Virus record (IMG/VR): IMGVR_UViG_3300046710_000061
Span: 1-35,740 of that record
Source: a virus
Lineage: Duplodnaviria; Caudoviricetes
Reading direction: 5' to 3' (one strand)
Length of the DNA: 35,740 nt
This document shows positions 32,133 through 35,740 of the stretch, in pieces (within the stretch, counting starts at the first letter, position 1; the number at the start of each line of letters is the position of its first letter). Position numbers and translations under genes: made by a program. A model generated the notes under the pieces. The model did not search any database. It saw only the letters and a program-made list of their open reading frames with translations, and was not told the DNA's origin.

Positions 32133-32555
32133 ATGAGGAGGGGAAGCAGCACAGAACTGACCAAACAAGACCTGACGTACCTCACCTATGTGAAAAGAAC
32201 CATTGCCGATGCGACGGGATTGCCACTGGACAAGTTTACCTGTGGAATGACGAAGACAGGTTATATAGTGACGATAGAAGCGGAGGAAATGGACGAGTTG
32301 GTCGCCGAGAACTGGGAGTCGATGAAGGATGAGGATTACGAAAAAGACCACCCCGACGAAGACCCCGACGACCCCGCCGACATTGCAAAAGCCGGAGACG
32401 ACCCCGACATGATGTTGGACGACGACGAGACCCCTGACGACGGAAGGATTGACGCTGTCAGGGATGGAATTGCCGACGAGCGGAGTGACGAGCGGGAAGA
32501 CCGCCGCCAACTGTTTGCGGAACGACTGAGCAGGGTTGGAGCATACGCCCTGTAG
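32133..32555 (+). CDS. Highly acidic early protein
   Basis: ATG 32133 after AGGAGG; long Asp/Glu/Pro-rich tract. Confidence 0.8.
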   Translation: MRRGSSTELTKQDLTYLTYVKRTIADATGLPLDKFTCGMTKTGYIVTIEAEEMDELVAENWESMKDEDYEKDHPDEDPDDPADIAKAGDDPDMMLDDDETPDDGRIDAVRDGIADERSDEREDRRQLFAERLSRVGAYAL

Positions 32556-32564
32556 AAAGAGAGT

Positions 32565-32596
32565 AGAAGGGGGCAGGATTACTGCCCCCGAAGGAG
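32565..32596 (+). repeat. Intergenic hairpin-SD module, copy 1
   Basis: AGAA-GGGGGCAG-GATTA-CTGCCCCC-GAAGGAG. Confidence 0.7.
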
Positions 32597-32601
32597 TTGC
32601 C

Positions 32602-32862
32602 ATGGTTGGACCGAACCGAATGTCGACCCCGAAGTGGTTGACCCCGCAGGAAGTGATTGCGGAGAACTTGGCATGGCTGAGACAAATTGCCAAGGACGCA
32701 CTGGAGTACAACCTTGTGAAACTGAACGCAGACCTGAGAGGGATTGCGGATGAGGTCGAAGAGAGCATGACGGAACTTGCCAAAAAGATGGAAGCGCACA
32801 AGACGAGTGAGGAATTGCTGAGACAAGTGAGGGATGCAGTCGAGAAGGAACTGCACCAGTGA
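32602..32862 (+). CDS. Hypothetical coiled-coil protein
   Basis: ATG 32602 after AAGGAG. Confidence 0.75.
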   Translation: MVGPNRMSTPKWLTPQEVIAENLAWLRQIAKDALEYNLVKLNADLRGIADEVEESMTELAKKMEAHKTSEELLRQVRDAVEKELHQ

Positions 32863-32870
32863 CAAGGGTG

Positions 32871-32901
32871 AGAAGGGGGCTGGAAGCAGCCCCCGAAGGA
32901 G
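32871..32901 (+). repeat. Intergenic hairpin-SD module, copy 2
   Basis: AGAA-GGGGGCTG-GAAG-CAGCCCCC-GAAGGAG. Confidence 0.7.
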
Positions 32902-32905
32902 TCCC

Positions 32906-33160
32906 ATGATATTGCCGAACAGATTGACGGAGGAGCAGACGCACGATGCGGATGTGAACTTTCGCGGTGATGAGGAAGCGCGGGAGAAGAAGGAGCGGGA
33001 AATGCAGAGCAACGTGTCCTTCAATGTGGTGATTGCACTCTTGAAGAACGGTGTCCAAGCGGACACACGGAATGTCTCGGGACATCGCCTGAGCCTTCTG
33101 CTGACCTATGGCGATGCGATGAAGTTGACGGAACTCTTGAAGAAACTGACAGGGGGATGA
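32906..33160 (+). CDS. Hypothetical protein
   Basis: ATG 32906 after AAGGAG. Confidence 0.75.
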   Translation: MILPNRLTEEQTHDADVNFRGDEEAREKKEREMQSNVSFNVVIALLKNGVQADTRNVSGHRLSLLLTYGDAMKLTELLKKLTGG

Positions 33161-33161
33161 C

Positions 33162-33443
33162 ATGATTGAGTGGACTGTCTCGAAAGAGGACATGAATCTG
33201 ATTCTTGACATCACCAAGCGGGCAGAGAACATGGGTCTCAGGGGCGCGACTAAACGAGTGACGATGCTCATGGACTTGACTGCCTGCCATGCGAACGGGA
33301 CGCCACTCCGGCTGGAAGCCCTACTCCATGCCGCCGACGGAGACTTCATTCATGACATCACTGGAATCCGCGCACACATGGACAGGGAGACGGGACAACT
33401 GAAGGACTGTTTCCTGCCGCGGTATGCGGCGAAGGGGGAATGA
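33162..33443 (+). CDS. Conserved phage protein (DUF6874-like)
   Basis: MDLTACHANGTPLRL..LL.A...DF.HDI.GI..H.DRETG.L.DCFLPRYA; family name from recall. Confidence 0.85.
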   Translation: MIEWTVSKEDMNLILDITKRAENMGLRGATKRVTMLMDLTACHANGTPLRLEALLHAADGDFIHDITGIRAHMDRETGQLKDCFLPRYAAKGE

Positions 33444-33676
33444 TGGAAGACCTGTTCGAGCAATTCCTGAAGGAACTGAAGAAGATGCGCGATGACCAGA
33501 AGGCACTCGTTGAAGCGACGGGTCGGGTGTGGTCTGACCAGCAGGTTCGTCCATCCTACTCGGTGAAGGATGTGGAGCGGGCAGACCTGTCCGTACTCGA
33601 GCGCGTGTTGAGGGTTGCCGAGCGAATCCGCTATGGTGACATGAGTGATGAGGACAGCATCGGGAGGATTCCATGA
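33440..33676 (+). CDS. Hypothetical protein, paralog A
   Basis: FL..L.KMRD.Q...YSV..VE..D...L.RVLRVAE shared with next gene. Confidence 0.8.
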   Translation: MMEDLFEQFLKELKKMRDDQKALVEATGRVWSDQQVRPSYSVKDVERADLSVLERVLRVAERIRYGDMSDEDSIGRIP

Positions 33677-33885
33677 TAGAAGGATGCGGGCCATTCTTGG
33701 CTCAACTGAGGAAGATGCGCGACCACCAGCAGGCAATCGTGGACTCGGAGACGAGAGCAAACTTCTCGAATGCCAAGACGTACTCCGTACTCGAAGTCGA
33801 GAAGTCAGATGCGGAACTCCTGTCCCGTGTCTTGCGGGTAGCGGAAGCGATGCTACTGGGAGACGGCGATGGCGACGCGGTATAG
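33673..33885 (+). CDS. Hypothetical protein, paralog B
   Basis: Same motif as the previous gene; ATGA overlap. Confidence 0.8.
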   Translation: MIEGCGPFLAQLRKMRDHQQAIVDSETRANFSNAKTYSVLEVEKSDAELLSRVLRVAEAMLLGDGDGDAV

Positions 33886-34150
33886 GGTCTACATCGCGGG
33901 ACAGCACCCGACCTTGATGCCGATGATGGTTGTGAGTCCTGACGAGAAAGAGGAGTTCTTCACGGACGCGGGACACTTCGCGGGCGGGATGCGTTTTGCG
34001 ATTCTAGCCCTATTGCGGTCATGCAAGAGCATGCCCCACCCGTTCGAGTTGTACTGCTTCAAGGAAGTGTATGACGAGCGGTGGAAAGAGTGGAAGCGGC
34101 AGGGTCTTGTATGGGCTGCGGGACGGTTGACAGGGAAGGGGGCATCCTAG
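33869..34150 (+). CDS. Hypothetical protein
   Basis: 93 aa, GGAG SD, last gene of the rightward operon. Confidence 0.65.
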   Translation: MATRYRVYIAGQHPTLMPMMVVSPDEKEEFFTDAGHFAGGMRFAILALLRSCKSMPHPFELYCFKEVYDERWKEWKRQGLVWAAGRLTGKGAS

Positions 34151-34176
34151 CGCGGTACAGGGTCTCTGTGGGGGTC

Positions 34177-34215
34177 AAGGGGGTCGGTGGTCTCTTAGGA
34201 CAGCCGCCCCCTTTC
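34177..34215. terminator. Hairpin between convergent operons (probable terminator)
   Basis: AAGGGGG-T-CGG...CCG-CCCCCTT imperfect stem followed by a short T run. Confidence 0.55.
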
Positions 34216-34234
34216 CCTATCGCCTGAGAGGATG

Positions 34235-34774
34235 CTAGACGGTTCGAGTGACGAAGGCTTTGGTGAAAACCTCTACTCCTTTCGTCATGATTTCCAAAAA
34301 GTCATCACGGGAGAAGTCAGATAAGCGGAAGATTTCCTCTTTCGTCATCCCCAGTTGCTTCTCGATTTCGGGGATGGTCTCCCCGTTGTCGAGCAGTTTC
34401 TTCACGACAGCCTTCATGGGCTCCAAGAGATGCGTTCCACGCGCGCGATTGTGCGTGATGGTACCATAGATGTCCTCTTCCTCCGTCATATGAGTCACGA
34501 TGACACAGGGAATCTTCCCGCCCGTGAGAGACTTCAGTGGCTCCTCTCCGAGAATGAGCCAACGGTGGTAACCGTCGATGATAGTCATGTCGGGGCGGAT
34601 GACGATTGGCATCGTGAATCCATTGGTAAGGATGGACTGCCGGAGTAAGTCGAGGTTCACCCGCGTGACCTTGTTGGGGTTGTAGTCGTTCGGCTTGATG
34701 AGGTCACGGTCGATGAACTGGATGTGCCGGACGGCGGCAAAGATGTCCTTCACTTGCTCATGCTTTGTCTTCAT
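34235..34774 (-). CDS. ibrB: ParB/Srx-like N-terminal domain protein (IbrB-like)
   Basis: PNDYNPNKV...SILTNGFTMPIV...IIDGYHR...TITHNRARGTH...LGM..EEI.RL. Confidence 0.88.
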   Translation of the reverse strand: MKTKHEQVKDIFAAVRHIQFIDRDLIKPNDYNPNKVTRVNLDLLRQSILTNGFTMPIVIRPDMTIIDGYHRWLILGEEPLKSLTGGKIPCVIVTHMTEEEDIYGTITHNRARGTHLLEPMKAVVKKLLDNGETIPEIEKQLGMTKEEIFRLSDFSRDDFLEIMTKGVEVFTKAFVTRTV

Positions 34775-35740
34775 CGTAGTTTGCTCCTTTCTGCTGAGCC
34801 GACCTTCACGACGTGTATCATCAATGCTCGCATTGTCCGCCCCTTCGGGTCACCATGAGTCAAAGCCTCATCAATGGTCTGCCAGTCCTTGTCCTGAAAG
34901 AAGGGGGAGTATTTCAGCAGGAACCGGCGGTAACGGTAGGGCGACTCTCGGAGATGGACGGTCTCGAAATACTTGGGGATATCTGAGAGCAGTTTCATCA
35001 CATGGTTGCGGGCAAGGACGGGGTCTTTCTTGCCCTCGAGTTCCTTGCGCTTCTTCGTCTTCCCCTTGAACATCTCTGAGTCCCAGTAAAGCGCGGCAAG
35101 ATAGGCGTTCGGCTCCCGCTTCACGATGGATTCCATCAAGCCGGGATACAATGCGGCGAGCTGGACGAGAGAGGCCGCCGTGTCAATGGAGAAGAACTGT
35201 GAGATGCGGAGACGGTTCATCGGGACGCCGGCTTGATACATTTTCATGTAGGCAACGGGGAACTCGATGTGGCGATTCTTGATATAGAGCCAGACGTCCC
35301 CGTCCGTCCAGTCATAGATTGGGAATGCCGCGTGGCCCCGAAAGATGAAGTTGCTGCTCGCCCCTTTCGCCATGAAGGTCAGTCGCTGGACGGACTCGCT
35401 CTCGCGGATGCCGATGATGTCGAGCGACCCCTTCCCCTTGCGGGCAAGGAACTGCTGGTAACGGTCGAGTCTCGGGATGAGGAGCGGGTCTTCCCTCACG
35501 GCAAAGTCCGGCGGGTCCCGCACCCACTCCTTCTCCTTGAAGCGGTCAAACAGGATGAACGACTCATCATTGGTGAGGGAGTTGAAACAGTTGTAGTGCT
35601 TCATCTCCATGGCATACCAGATGAACTTGATGTCGCGCTGGAGACAGAGGAGCCGGTACTTCTTGACGATGTCGATGACGTCTTCATACATGGCTTCTTC
35701 GTCAATGAATAGGACGGTAGTGTTACTGGTGTCAACCCTT
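34771..35740 (-). CDS. ibrA: PAPS-reductase-family protein (IbrA/DUF3440-like), 5' truncated
   Basis: Frame stays open upstream of 35691 (…TVLFIDEEAMY); GIRESES.QR, PIYDW...DVW, YMKMYQAGV...LRISQ motifs; coupled to the IbrB-like gene. Confidence 0.88.
   Translation of the reverse strand, partial: RVDTSNTTVLFIDEEAMYEDVIDIVKKYRLLCLQRDIKFIWYAMEMKHYNCFNSLTNDESFILFDRFKEKEWVRDPPDFAVREDPLLIPRLDRYQQFLARKGKGSLDIIGIRESESVQRLTFMAKGASSNFIFRGHAAFPIYDWTDGDVWLYIKNRHIEFPVAYMKMYQAGVPMNRLRISQFFSIDTAASLVQLAALYPGLMESIVKREPNAYLAALYWDSEMFKGKTKKRKELEGKKDPVLARNHVMKLLSDIPKYFETVHLRESPYRYRRFLLKYSPFFQDKDWQTIDEALTHGDPKGRTMRALMIHVVKVGSAERSKLR

Larger units (their letters stand above)
1..35740. mobile_element. Tailed bacteriophage (siphovirus-like) genome segment; both ends truncated
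   Basis: Canonical terS-terL-portal-MuF-scaffold-capsid-head/tail-tail tube-chaperone-tape measure order, plus replication/recombination genes and dense small ORFs; no host housekeeping genes or att/integrase seen. Confidence 0.97.

Noticed and set aside
31370-32185. Short ORFs across the control region (31370-31561, 31685-31891, 31758-31943, 31837-32025, 31940-32185)
   Set aside because: They run through promoters and DnaA boxes (LWIT/YPQ repeats are translated boxes) and lack convincing SDs.
32040-33976. Long minus-strand ORFs 32040-32801, 32458-33066, 32579-33349, 33350-33976
   Set aside because: Antisense to the plus-strand early operon, which has a promoter, SDs and recognisable families.
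1-35740. tRNA/rRNA genes, introns/inteins, diversity-generating retroelement, alternative genetic code
   Set aside because: No cloverleaf or rRNA-like segments noticed, terL and dnaB are uninterrupted, no reverse transcriptase is present, and genes tile normally with all three stop codons in code 11.

Overview
The whole window is tailed dsDNA bacteriophage sequence (siphovirus-like; no sheath gene, integrase, CI repressor or host genes seen; host not determinable). Almost everything from 1 to 31.4 kb is on the minus strand. In transcription order it holds early small genes, ERF recombinase, a replication initiator with an internal iteron origin, DnaB, an HNH homing endonuclease, many small ORFs, a 3D-domain transglycosylase and a NinG-like nuclease. 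These are followed by terS, terL, portal, a MuF protein fused to an ADP-ribosyltransferase-like domain, scaffold, capsid, head-tail genes, tail tube, a -1 frameshifted tail chaperone and tape measure. A short plus-strand early operon (32.1-34.15 kb) converges on an IbrA/IbrB-like pair. The most striking feature is the divergent early control region (31.4-32.1 kb). Where a lambdoid phage has a repressor gene, it has 8 perfect DnaA boxes (TTATCCACA) plus 5 variant boxes, mostly 11 bp apart. Two near-consensus promoters flank the array, and their transcripts start with the same hairpin + GACCCGAACCCGAA + boxA-like leader. Other signals: a shared non-sigma70 late-promoter motif, a pseudoknot-like leader on the initiator gene, and apparent absence of GATC. 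Family names come from motif recognition by eye; no database search was run.
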